Below, piece by piece: positions 51,798 to 63,448 of a DNA stretch of 64,000 bases. The position numbers were made by a program, and so were the translations under genes. The stretch spans positions 24,242,001 through 24,306,000 of the forward strand of contig JBHGNT010000003.1 in NCBI GenBank assembly GCA_043228905.1. Direction: 5' to 3'. Under the pieces are notes generated by a model, which was not told the DNA's origin, ran no database searches, and saw only the letters and a list, made by a program, of their open reading frames with translations. This DNA is from Azolla caroliniana. Lineage: Eukaryota > Plantae > Polypodiophyta. The stretch's first letter is position 1. Each line of letters opens with the position of its first letter.

Positions 51798-54700
51798 CTA
51801 TGAGTGTGAGATGGCAGCATCACCACCTTCAACCATACCTCTAAGACACTCATTCCTTTGAGGTTGCTTGAGCTTCCTCATAGCTCTGCATTCAATCTGT
51901 CTGATTCTTTCTCTCGTCACATGGAAGGCTTTTGCTATCTCCGCGAGTGTCCTCCTCTTTCCATCATCAAGACCAAACCTTAGCCTCACTATAACTTCCT
52001 CTCTAGGATTTAGAGTCATAAGAACTCCATCCAAATCAGCCCTTAGCAGCTCTCTTGCAATTCTCGATTCTGGAGGCTCAAGCGACGTATCGGGTAATAT
52101 ATCCTGGAGAAAACGGTCTCTCGATTCACTGCCACTACGGCGATTTGAAACCATACACTTACTCAGAGCTATTATGAAGACATGCTTTCTGGAGATGCAT
52201 ATACATATATCCACCACACAAAATGTACAGATATACAAATACAAAGATTGTCTAACAATGTAGAATATCATTAGTGGAAAACATCAAAGTACACACATGG
52301 ATACATACAAACACACACATATACGTATCATATACACATATGATATTTGTTACATACATGCATATGTATATATATATATATATATATACTCACTTACCCC
52401 CAAATGCAAATCCATGTCTTGGCCAACTGGTTTGTCCATTGATTTACAGTGCTTAACCGCCCTTGTCACCACTTTCAGCTTCTCTATGCTGATCCCACAC
52501 AGTTTAGCAACATCTCTATCAGAAGGAGGAGCACCATTCTTCTGCCAAAGAAGCCTCTTCACTCTCCCTACATGCAGCATAGTGTCAACCACATGTGCCT
52601 GCAGCAAATGATACAATCACATCCTTTCTTTTCTTATACAAAATACTCCTATTATATAAGAGTACTGAAAAGGATACCTGGTCATATAACCACTACAGAT
52701 TTCCGTTCAATACAGGATAACAGAGTATATTTCTAGCAATGTCCAATGCAAAAGAGTGTCCTTAAAATGTTATCAGGAGTTACCGGTAAACGAACTAATC
52801 GAGAATTTTCAAAGATAGCTCTCATTACAGCCTGTCTGATCCACCAGTATGCATAGGTACAAAACTTAAAGCCTCTGTCTGGATCAAACTTTTCACAACC
52901 CCGAATAAGACCCATACTGCCTTCCTGTGGATCCAATGATGCTTGAGAAGTCAGATAACATATAGAGAAATCCGGCGTATTACAATTATCTACTTGATGA
53001 TACCACTTAACATGCAGTACATGCATTTAGTAAAGATGATAATTCATTTGAAAAGATATTGTTTTCTTTGACTCTGAAGACACGTTAAATAGCAAAACAA
53101 ATTTAGAACATAAGTGATGGGATAAAGTAATAATGATAGATTTGTTTTCATGAAGCCCCTGACCTGTATAAGATCCTCCAGACTTAATCCTTTCCCTTCA
53201 TATTTCTTCGCCACAGAAATCACCAATCTCAAATTGCACTGGATCATTCTATTCTTGCTATAATACCCTTCATTCAACCTTTTTGAGAATGGACCAATTT
53301 CCATTTCAGCTGCATTGGCCCATTCAGATATTGTTGGCGGCCTTCCTATTTGACTTTCTAGAGATTCTTTTATACATTCCAAGGCAAGAAAGTCCTGAAA
53401 CAGATGAAATGAACCTGTTCTCAAGCATTGCAATTAAAACTCATAAACATCCTCATGCTTACCATCTTGATGATTGGGCCTTATGTGGATTTCCATTGCG
53501 ATGCTTAAACCTTGAAAAATGGGTTTTCCATCTAGAAACTTAAATGATTTTTCATCTTGATGTTTAAATGATTTTTCATCTTGATGTTTAAATGATTTTC
53601 CATCTTGATGTTTTACTGGTTTTCCACGTTGATGCGTAAATGGTTTTCTACCTTGACTACTACATGATTTTCCATCTGATATGCAAATGGTTTTTCCATT
53701 TTGATGGTTAAGTAGTTTCTAAAAAAGTGGCAAGTTAGTGGCTTACCTGGATCTTGTGAGATAGTTCTATTTCTTCAGCCTGAGACAAAAGCTCTTTCTT
53801 TGAAGAACCATTGCTTATGAGAAATGAACGAATGGGATCGATCTGAGCTTGCTGAAGAGGAGATTTCTTCGACCTGATTGATTTCTTATTTGTAAATATT
53901 TCACCTCCAAAAGAATTTGGAACCACTTGTTTTCTAGACTTAGAATAAGCTCTTTGCCTCTTCACCAATCGCTCTGCGCGTTTACTTGACATCACAGCCA
54001 CATTCTCCCCTTTCCTTGTGTAAGAAGAAAATGATCCTTTCTTTTCTATTCTACCAACAACATCCTTCAGTCCTTTCTTCTCAGTTTTATTGAGCAGATT
54101 GTTCAGAAGAGTGAAACCTCGATGATCATGTGAAGGGACACCTTTATCTTGATTGCATTGTGAAAGCTTGTCTTCATCAAGATTAACATGTGATGACTCA
54201 CTTTCATCATGACTATCAATACAAATTTCACCTCTATCATGGTTATCGTGTGATGATTCAATTTCATCAGGAATGAAGTTTGAAGAGTCATTCTCGTCAT
54301 GTTTACGATGAGAAATTTCATCTTCATTTATGCAAACACGAAAAAAATCACCTTCATCATGATTACCACGAGAAGAGTCACCTTGATTGGCATCACCATG
54401 TGAAGATTCAACTTTGCTTTGATTTCCATGTGACAATTCACCTCCATCGTGATTAATGAGAAATCTCTCCATTTCAGTGAGCCTTGCCTTCTGAAGTCTA
54501 AAAAGGTCAGTTTCTGACATATTGAATTCATGACTACAATCAATATTTACAGCTCCATATACATTGCCAGTTTGCTCTGTTGCCAAAGCTACAGATTTAC
54601 ATGCATTTGTTAACAATGCCACGTCATGAGAAGAGGATATCGGAGTGTCAAAAGCTTTGGTTTCTTCGATTCTAGTTACGTTCTTCAATTTTAGCTTTGA

Positions 54701-54913
54701 AAGAGACACCGCCTTATCTGATGTGTGGAAGCAAATCCTGAAAAACATGTCCCCATAACATGAAGAAAATACAAAAAGGGGGGGGGTTTATATGCATTTT
54801 CAATTGACTTAACAGATGATAGCATACCTTCTTGAGAAGGAACTTCTGATGGAAGAGGAGGACGAAGAAACAGTGATGTCTGTACAAGAACGTCTGTGAA
54901 ACAGAGTTGTCAT
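51798..54913 (-). CDS. Nucleus-encoded plastid RNA polymerase sigma-70 factor, about 651 aa (SIG2/SIG6-related group)
   Basis: Exons 54913-54828, 54737-53747, 53394-53164, 52924-52784, 52598-52398 and 52103-51798 join in frame. Features: Ser-rich transit-peptide-like start, region 1.2 DPIRSFL, region 2 [40 protein letters not shown], region 4 [21 protein letters not shown]. Confidence 0.95.
53540..53710. repeat. 24-bp minisatellite in sigma factor intron 2
   Basis: TAAATGATTTTTCATCTTGATGTT occurs as three near-perfect copies followed by about four degenerate copies. Confidence 0.85.
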
Positions 54914-55917
54914 AGTACAAGTTGTAGGATCTTCTGATTCCTGACCCTAACCTGAGAAATCCAGCTATGCTTAGTGGTAGCTGAAATCCTCTGTTTTTGC
55001 AGATAATTCTTTCTTTATCTATCCACTTGAGTGAAATAATCCTAACCAAATGTTTTTTGTTTTTTGCCTCTCTTTTTCTTCTTGCTTCCAAAATATCTCA
55101 AATAAATATCCTTTTCACGCTTTTTGATTTTTTTTCTCTACTCTGTCGCCAATCCTTCTCAAAACGTCGGCCACGTTTAGATGCACATTGTAGAAATATA
55201 GCCATGAATTATTCATCACAAAAAGACTTTGGTCATTGAATGTTTTCTTGGGCAACTTAAGCCAGATTTGGATTGAGATCACAACAAATGACCACTTTTA
55301 AGAGTGGAAGAACTAAATTGAAGGTGAGGTTAACTTGTATATAGTTCCAAGTGCAATGCATAAATATAATAGAGATGTGTGTGTGTTACAGATGTTATAT
55401 GTTTTCGAGATAAGGAGGTTATATATGTAATATATCGTTGATTTAGGTAGTATATATAACATCATTTACGTTAACAATAAGGTAGTTAAAGATTGTAATG
55501 GAGTGTGTGTGCCTTACAAGGTTATTACAAGGGACTGAGTGGGTTTTAACACACCCACCACTTGAAGATCACGTATGAAGTATTGGTATAGGGTGAAAAC
55601 GTGCAACACATAAGCTAGCCGTAATTGACTTTGATTATCACACACACAGTAACATAACTAAACTAGACTCTAATAAAAGATAAAGGGGTGAAAGGATCAC
55701 TTGGATGTGCCGGTGTGTTACAAATAGGGTCCAAGACACTAGAAGAACGATATTTGAGAGAGTCAAAGGAGGAACAATTGATATGAAAAGCATGAATACA
55801 TGAAAGTGAAAGAAACAATGAGTTATGAGAGACAATGCATGCATCGGGAAAGAGGTGGAAGTGGAACAATAATTGTCCACATGTTGATCAAGAATCCTAG
55901 AATTCAAAGGAACACGT

Positions 55918-55989
55918 TGTTGCGTTGTTCCGCGCGTGCGTGGAGAACAAGGCGGGACCATTGGGGTCTTGGACCGAGGAATAGGTGAG

Positions 55990-56023
<34 letters not shown>

Positions 56024-56190
56024 CGCTCACTCACTTATAGACAAAGAAGCGCACGGGGACGCGGCACAACAACACAGGAGACGCGAGTTGAGAACACTAG
56101 AGTATGTATGTAAATATATGCATGTATTTGTATGTATGCAAACGACTCAAACGGTTACAGCCGATCAGGTCGGCGAGGTGGATGTCGACG
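55918..56190 (-). repeat. Partial 3' LTR of the outer gypsy element, containing an (AG)n tract
   Basis: Direct repeat of 62768-63019 with few substitutions and small indels. Confidence 0.9.
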
Positions 56191-57319
56191 GTCCAGGAGG
56201 AATGAAAAGGCTGATGGAAGAGGTGGTGGCCCGGCACACGGAGACCGTCCACTACTTGGCGTCAGCCGGTATTCGGGTCGGAGGCAGCGAGGCCCGGAAG
56301 GAGAGCAAAGCCGGGTTCTGGCCGACGATGCTGGAAGGCCTCGCCGGTGCCCGACTAAGGAAAGACGAGGCGGACCGCGCAGAGAAGCGGGTCCAGGAGG
56401 TAATCGGTTGGAGTGACCCGGTCGAAGAAAAGACGGGTTTCGTCGAAGCAGCTTGCCAAAACTACGAGGCTCTGGTTGAAGACAGACGTGTAGGTAAAAC
56501 CGGAGGGGCCGGACCCTCACAGAGATACGAAACCCGATTCAGGCCGAGACGGAACGAGGCCGGTGAGACCAGTGCTCGGGATAACCACAAGAAGGGCGGC
56601 TACCGGTTGGGCACGGAGATCGAAAGGACCACGGACCTACAAAAGGTCCTGGAAGAACGAATCCTCGATAGCAAGGTGGAACTGTCGTTGCGGAAGGTGC
56701 TCGGAATCGCCAAGAAGGAGTTCCACGACTCCATCGTAGACTTGGTGAAGAGGAAGAGGCTGTCGACGGAGACAGAACCGGAAAGGCCGGTGGAGGTGCG
56801 AACGACGCACATAGAGGACATGGCGCTAGAAGACGAGTGGGCGGAGAGCCACTATTCGAGGCCACACTGGGCCCAAGCGACCACGGAAACTCCGGTGAAG
56901 ATCGGAGATGTTCAGGAACCGGTGGTGGCGCTAGTGGACCATGGTTCGGAAATAAACCTGATGTCCATGGACTTCTACAAGAAGGGGAAATGGCCGGTCA
57001 ACACCAAGCACAGGTGGAAGATACGGGCGGCGATGCGCGCCACCGAGGAACTACACAGGGCCTGCCCAAACGTGCGAGTCAAGATCGGCGACGTCGAGAT
57101 AGACCAGCACTTCTTTGTGCAGGAGACGTCCTCGCACCCGGTCATACTGGGAGAACCGTACATTACGACAGCACAGATGGAGACCAAGGTGTTGGACAAC
57201 GGGTCGGCTTACGCGAGGGTCAAGAGTCAGGACGGGCGTCATTCGGTCCAGTTCCTGACGGTGCGACCGAACCACGAGTGAAACCGCGAGACCCTCGGTG
57301 GCGAGAACCGAGAGGATTT

Positions 57320-60300
57320 TTAGAGAGGGTTGTCAAGGCGTGGGGCCGCGACAATCCAGACACTCCGAGAAAACCCCACAAATGTACGATAGAGGCAAAA
57401 CCGAAGAAACCTTGTACCATAAGTAGGAAGTTTTGTTTCTCCGACAACGGAGGGTGTACGATAGTCGGCGTTGTTGGCCGAGAAAAGACAAGGACGGAAG
57501 AGCGACTTCGGGCGTGCGGAGTTCTTGGTCCCAGCGAGGAAATCAACGGAGCCGTGGAGGCGGTCTCCTTCGACGATACCTTGGGAATACTGTGAGAGGT
57601 GGTCGGAGAAGGCCTTAAAGAGGACCGGGCGATACCGGTTTGTTGAGAAGAGATGTACGAAGTCATCGCGGACTTAAGTCGGGGGCTCGAGTCGGATCAG
57701 ACGGCCCGGGTTAACACGAAGTACAAGACTGTGGACCGGAAGGTAAGGCCAGTCGCGGCACCCTTACCGGAGGGCAGCGAGTTGCGAATCAAGGGGGTCG
57801 CATCGGACCCCAGTTTACGAGATCCGGCCTGCATAGGACACACCTTCACCGACAGAACGCTACGGGAGCTAAATATCGATGGGGGCGGTTTCCTACTGCC
57901 GGCGGAAGAAGACCGGTTTCGGAGAATGCTCGGAAGGCACGGGAAAGCCTTCACATTCTCACCGGAAGAGATTGGGTGCGTAGACCCGACAGTCGTGAAG
58001 CCGATGGTGATATTCACGATACCGCATGTGCCGTGGAATCTCAAACCAATTCCGGTACCAAGAGCTCACATCCCGGAGCTGATGGAGCTATTGAGACAGA
58101 AAGTCGATATGGGCATCCTCGAACCGTCGAGTGCCCCGTACTCGAACCGGTGGTTTACCGTACCAAAGAAGAACGGGACATTGCGCTTCATTCAAGACCT
58201 GCAACCGGTCAACAGAGTGACCATTCGGAACGCAGGAATCGGACCAACGATAGACGAGTTCGCGGAGGCCTTCGCCGGAAGGTCGATCTACTCGGTCGAG
58301 GATCTGTACTCAGGGTACGATTAGTTCCAACTAGCCGTAGAGAGCAGAGACATTACGACGATGCGGACTCCTCTCGGCCTAGTGCGGATGTGTACCCTGC
58401 CACAAGGAGGGACGAACTCAGTGGCCCACATGGTGAATGCGATGAACAAGGTGCTGAGGGATTGTATCCCGGACATCACCATGCCATTCTTGGACGACAT
58501 CCCGATCAAGGGATGTCCGGTGGAGAAAAGGGACGAAACGATCGGACCGGACGGATGCGGGAAATTCGTGGCGACACACATTGACGACTGCGAGAGGGTG
58601 TTGCAGAGGCTAGAGGACGCGAGGCTCACCTTCTCCGGGGAGAAATCGGCCTTCGGGCAATCAGAGATCATGGTCGTCGGACATCTATGTGGACCGTATG
58701 GCCGGAAACCGTCTCCGGCTAATGTAGAAGCCATCTCTGCAATGAAGCCCAACTGTAACTCGGTCACGGAGGTACGGAGGTTCTTGGGAGCATGCGCTTT
58801 CTACCACATATGGATCCCGCATTACGCCCACGTTGCCGAGCCGCTATACGGGTTGTTGAAAAAGGGGCGAAAATTCGAGTGGTGAGACGAGCATACGGAG
58901 TCGGTCCGAAAGATGAAGGAGGCTCTTGTTGCAGCTCCGACACTCCGGAAGGCTGTCTACGAGAAAGGTACTCCCATCTACATGACGGTAGATACGAGTC
59001 CGACCGGGATCGGATGGGTCGTCAACCAAGAAGATGAGGACGGCATTCGGTTCCCAATCCCGTTCGGCGCGAAGGTCCTCAGCGAGCGAGAGCGAGGATA
59101 CGCCCAGGTAAAACGCGAACTCTGGGGTATCGTTTCGGCGGTGAAGGCCGATAGAGACTATCTGATCGGGACAGAAGTAATTATCGAGACAGACTGCCTT
59201 CCGATTCTCGGCATGGTTTTCGGATGCGCAACCCCGGACCTGGCAATGCTCAGGTGGATAGCGTACATCAAGTCCCTGTGCCCGGAAATACGACACATTT
59301 CCGGGAAAGACAATACCATGGCCGACATGCTTTCGAGGGCGCGATTCGACGACGAGGGCGGCATGGTTTCGCAGGACAAGGAAGTCGGCGTGGACTTCTT
59401 CGAGGCAACTTACGTAACAACCGAGGGGGGGAGCACTACGGCGCTTAACGATTTCAACGAGAGCATGTACGACGGGGAGTGGCTGCAGATTAGGGGATTC
59501 TTAAGGACCATGACGCCGGACGCATCATGGACAAAGAGCGAGGCCAACCGGATCCAGAAGAAAGCGTACCGATTCTTTCTCCGGGACGGGTACTTGTGGA
59601 AGCACCCGAAGAAGAGAAACGGCATCCCCCTCCGAGTAGTGGCGATGAAGGAGGAACAGGAGGAGTTGCTGGAGGCCTACCACGACAGCCCCTGGGCTGG
59701 ACACCATGGGACGTGGGCCACGTTCGAGAAACTAAAGGGGAAGTACTGGTGGCCGGGACTGTATCGGGACGTGCATCGGTTCGTGACAACTTGTGAGAGC
59801 TGTCAGATACACTCCATAGTCCGACATCGGGACGAGTTTCACCCTACATACCCTCCGGCCATCCACCTCAAATGGATGGTAGATTTGGTGACGATGCCGA
59901 TGGGCGTAGGGCAGATGCGATATCTGGTGCTGTCCCGGGAGGACCTGACGAACCAGGTGGAAGGCCGAGCCCTGCAGAACAAAACGACCGCGGTCATGTG
60001 TCGGTTCCTGATCGAGGACGTGATATGCCGGTACGGGTGCGTCGGGAAGATCGTGGCTGATCGCGGGGAGTTGGATGCCAAAGAGGCCGAGGAGCTGTTC
60101 GACCGGTTAGGGGTCAAGCTCTCGCTCACCACAGCGTACAATCCGGAGGCGGATGTGAAGGTGGAGCGCGGACACGGACCGATCGTCAAAGCGCTAGTCT
60201 GGGCATGCGGAGGCCAGGTCGGGAACTGGCCACGACTGTTACCTTATGCCTTGTGGGCAGACCGGACAACGCACAGTTCGGTAACCGGGTTCATGCCATC

Positions 60301-60814
60301 AGAGCTCATGTTCGGACAGAAGCCGATCATGCCGATGGAACGGACGATCTCCTCTTGGGCGACAATGGACTGGAGAGACGAGATGAGCCGGGAAGAACTG
60401 CTAGCGGCGCGTATACGGAAGCTCGAGCAGAGGCCAAGGGACGTGGAACAAGCGGCGGAGAGACTTCGGGCGTCGAGGATGAGGAACAAAGCCCGGTTCG
60501 ACCAAATGCACCGGCTCCGACCAAAGAAAATCGAGGAAGGCGACTGGGTGCTAGTCTACGACAGCAACCTCGACAACCAGCACCGGGCAACATAGAAGTT
60601 TGCAAAGCGGTGGTTCGGGCCTTACGTGGTAATGAGCGCCAACGACAACAGGACGTATTACTTGGTGGAACTCGACGGTACGAGGATGGCGGTACCGGTA
60701 GCAGGGAAGTGGATCAAGGCGTTCAAGAAGCACCACGACGGCGAACCGGATGTAAGAGGCCTGGACAGCGACGACGAACAGTCTGAAACGGAGGACGAAC
60801 CGATGAACGATTAA
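57320..60814 (+). pseudogene. Gypsy pol (RT-RNaseH-integrase) in a single reading frame interrupted by nonsense codons
   Basis: ORFs 57653..58324, 58361..58885, 58913..60595 and 60626..60814 are all in one frame. In-frame stops occur at 57593, 57644, 58322, 58883 and 60593. Confidence 0.9.
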
Positions 60815-60894
60815 CTGGAACCCGGACCGGTTTTCTCCAAACCAGAATCCAATTTTGGCGCATACCGGTGGATGCGCGGTTAGGTGGGGGCGGA

Positions 60895-61543
60895 TGTCGT
60901 GAAGAAAACCGTCCCTTAGCGCAATCGGTGTTTACCACGTGCGAACCGGCTCTTCACGCGTACGCGCCCTCTAATGTATATAATAAAGGATTAGGTACAA
61001 AGGTATATCCTAGGTAGTTAGATTCGGTAGGTAGGAAGTTAATGAGGGAAACGACTCCCTTCTTGGAGCTATAAAAGAGAGGGAGGCGCGGGGAGAAAGG
61101 GATCGCGCATTGAGGAGGACGAAGTGCTGTCGGACCGTAACCGAACGCTTCTCCTCTCTTCATTCTCCATTGCTCTTCTCTACAGGTTCTCGGGAGGCTC
61201 GCGCTGCTTCGAGGAACGCCTGTGTGCTTCCGACAACACCTCCATCCTATCCCCTTTCGTGCGCAGACGAGCAAGCATCGGCATCTGTTCGCCGGCCTGT
61301 TCGGTTGTAACCGCTCGCGTGCTCTGTTGTTTTGTGTCATTTGTTAATATACAAACATTTGTGTCTCTCTGCCTCTGTGTCCATTCGTGTTTTCTGCGTT
61401 GACGGGCCGTGTCCTTGTGTTTCTTTGCTCATACGTAACCGGTCGTCCCTCTCTTTCTCTTCCCCCTCCTATGACCTGCTCTTCGGTTCAAGACCCCGGT
61501 GGTCCCGCCTCGTTTCTCCACGCACGCGTGTAGTAACGCGACA
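60895..61543 (+). repeat. Complete 3' LTR (649 bp) of the inner gypsy element
   Basis: TGTCGTG...CGCGACA termini, internal TATAAAA, preceded by the PPT. It is a diverged inverted homologue of 62768-63448. Confidence 0.92.
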
Positions 61544-62745
61544 GCGGTCCACCTCTTCTTTCCTTAGTCGTGCGCCGGCGAGGCCTTCCAACATCGTCGG
61601 CCAGAACCCGGCTTTGTTCGTCTTCGGGGCCTCGCAACCTACAACCCGAATACCAGCTGACGCCGAGTAGTGGACGGTCTCCGCGTGACGAGCCGCCGCC
61701 TCCTCCATCAGCCTTTTCATACCCCCTCGCCCGACGTTCAAGTTCAAGGCCCTTCGAGTCTCGCTGGCGTGCACCCGACCGTTCCATAGGTACACCACGT
61801 TGCTTCTCATCGCCTCGGCGAAGTCCCCGCAGTCCTTCCGGATGTGCCCAACCGCGTCACACCAGATGCACCTGTTTTCAGCCAGAGGTCGTCGGTCACG
61901 GACCTGTTCGCCACCATCCCTTCGTGCCTGGGCGATTTGGAGATCCTTTACCATCCGCATCAGCTCCTCCAGAGCTGCTCCCCCGGACGAGCCCTTGACC
62001 ATGCCAGTTGAAGCTGATCCGGTCTCGAGCCAATCTCGGGTCTCTTCCCTTCGCGTTGGTGGTGTTGGCTCAAGCTTCCTTGCTGCGACAGAGCCCGCCC
62101 CTGTCGATCCTTTGTCAACCCATTCCCACCGTTTGTCGAAACGGCCACAGACCCTTTTCACCACGGCCTAGTCGGCCGTCAGCCCGTCATCAGTCTTCAA
62201 TAGGAGGCCTACTTGCTTCCGATCCCGCTCGTCAACTGACTTAACAAACAATAGGACACGACTTGTGTCCAGAACGGTCCGGTGAAGCACCGAGAGGCGC
62301 ACGAAGCGTTCCTCAAACTCCCGAAGGAGCACTGACGCGTTCCTTCCTTTGTCGGGGTCTCCACCCACTCCATGAAGTCCCGCTTCGAAAGTCGAAGCGC
62401 ATCTTCAAGCCCGTATCTTTCGAGGAGCCGACCTTCGAACTCCTCCCAGGTCCGGCTCTCAGCCTGTACCTCGAGCACCTTCATATGGATGCCCGGCATC
62501 GCCACTCGAGGGAATTCAGCTAGACGCCTCTCTTTCGGAATGTCCCTCATTACCATCTCAGCCCGGTAGGACGCCAAGTAGCTTGTGGCATCCTTCCCAC
62601 TAAACCGGCCGATCGTACCGACAACCGCTTCGATAGCCCTATCAAGGCCGCCGGTCCCTTCGCGCGCACTCACTATACGGTCCACAGCCGAAGCCATGGC
62701 TTCTGCGAGGTCCGACCCCCTCATCTTCTACTCCTCTGCCGCTTG

Positions 62746-62763
62746 TTCACGTCGGGTTCACCT
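62746..62763 (-). promoter_or_regulatory. Primer-binding site complementary to cytosolic tRNA-Trp
   Basis: The + strand reads TTCACGTCGGGTTCACCT versus the recalled plant tRNA-Trp 3' end TTCACGTCGGGTTCACCA. It lies 4 nt inside the 5' LTR. Confidence 0.75.
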
Positions 62764-62767
62764 AATA

Positions 62768-63448
62768 TGTCGCGTTGTGACGCGCGTGCGTGGAGAACAA
62801 GGCGGGACCACTAGGGTCTTGGACCGAGGAATAGGTGAGGGAGAAGAGAGAGAGAGAGAGAGAGAGACGCTCACTCACTTATAGACAAAGAAGCGCACGG
62901 GGACACGACACAACAACACAGGAGACGCGAGTTGAGAACACTAGAGTATGCATGTATTTGTATGTATGCAAACGACTCGAACGGTTACAGCCGATCAGGT
63001 TGGCGAGGTGGATGCTGACGCCTGATCACCCACGCACACAAGAGGGCAAGATGGAGATTCTGTCGGAAGCACACGGGCGTTCCACGGAGCTGAATCAGCC
63101 TCCTGAGAACCTGCGCAAAAGAAAGCTATGGGGAACGACAGAGAAGAAGAGCTCGGTCCCAGTCCGATAGCACTTCGTTCCTTCTCGCGCGCGATGTCCT
63201 CTCTCCCCCCCCCGTCTCCCTCTTTTTTATAGCTCAAGGAAGGAGGCCATTTCACCCGTTTACATCACATTAATTCTCTGTCCTTTCGGACAGAGATACT
63301 CCTCGGTTTCCCCTATAGAATATTGCTACCTAGGATTTAACCTTTGCGCCTACCTATCTACTTTACGACAAGGGACGTGCCCACGTGTAAGGGCCGGTTC
63401 ACACACATTATACACGGTTTGCGCTTGGGGATGGTTTTCTTCACGACA
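62768..63448 (-). repeat. Complete 5' LTR (681 bp) of the outer gypsy element
   Basis: The minus strand starts TGTCGTGAAGAAAACC and ends CGCGACA, followed by the PBS and the gag ATG at 62724. Confidence 0.92.

Larger units (their letters stand above)
56196..61543 (+). mobile_element. Ty3/gypsy inner element, 5'-deleted: gag C-terminus, protease, RT, RNase H, integrase, PPT and complete 3' LTR
   Basis: PR ALVDHGSEINLM; RT DLYSGY..LPQGGTNS..FLDDI; RH VDTSPTGIG; IN YHD...GHHG...CESC, WMVDLV, GPY-type WFGPY. The RT-RH-IN order is gypsy and there is no chromodomain. PPT TTAGGTGGGGGCGGA at 60880-60894. Confidence 0.93.
55918..63448 (-). mobile_element. Ty3/gypsy LTR retrotransposon, outer element (5' LTR, PBS, partial gag, partial 3' LTR), interrupted by a nested family member
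   Basis: 5' LTR 63448-62768 (TG..CA). gag runs 62724 to 61544 with a CIWCDAVGHIRKDC knuckle, one frameshift near 62368 and a stop at 62168. The 3' LTR remnant 56190-55918 is near-identical to 63019-62768. Both outer ends are flanked by ACGT (55914-55917 and 63449-63452). Confidence 0.88.

Noticed and set aside
53540-53710. CRISPR-like regularly spaced repeats
   Set aside because: These are head-to-tail 24-bp units without unique spacers, inside a eukaryotic intron, with no cas genes.
56132-63255. Many overlapping or antisense ORFs inside the gypsy composite
   Set aside because: These are expected in GC-rich DNA with few stops. They have no recognisable domains beyond gag/pol, and no env-like ORF is supported.
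55918-63448. Single element with a simple internal inversion
   Set aside because: Three LTR pieces and a diverged duplicated gag segment require two different element copies.
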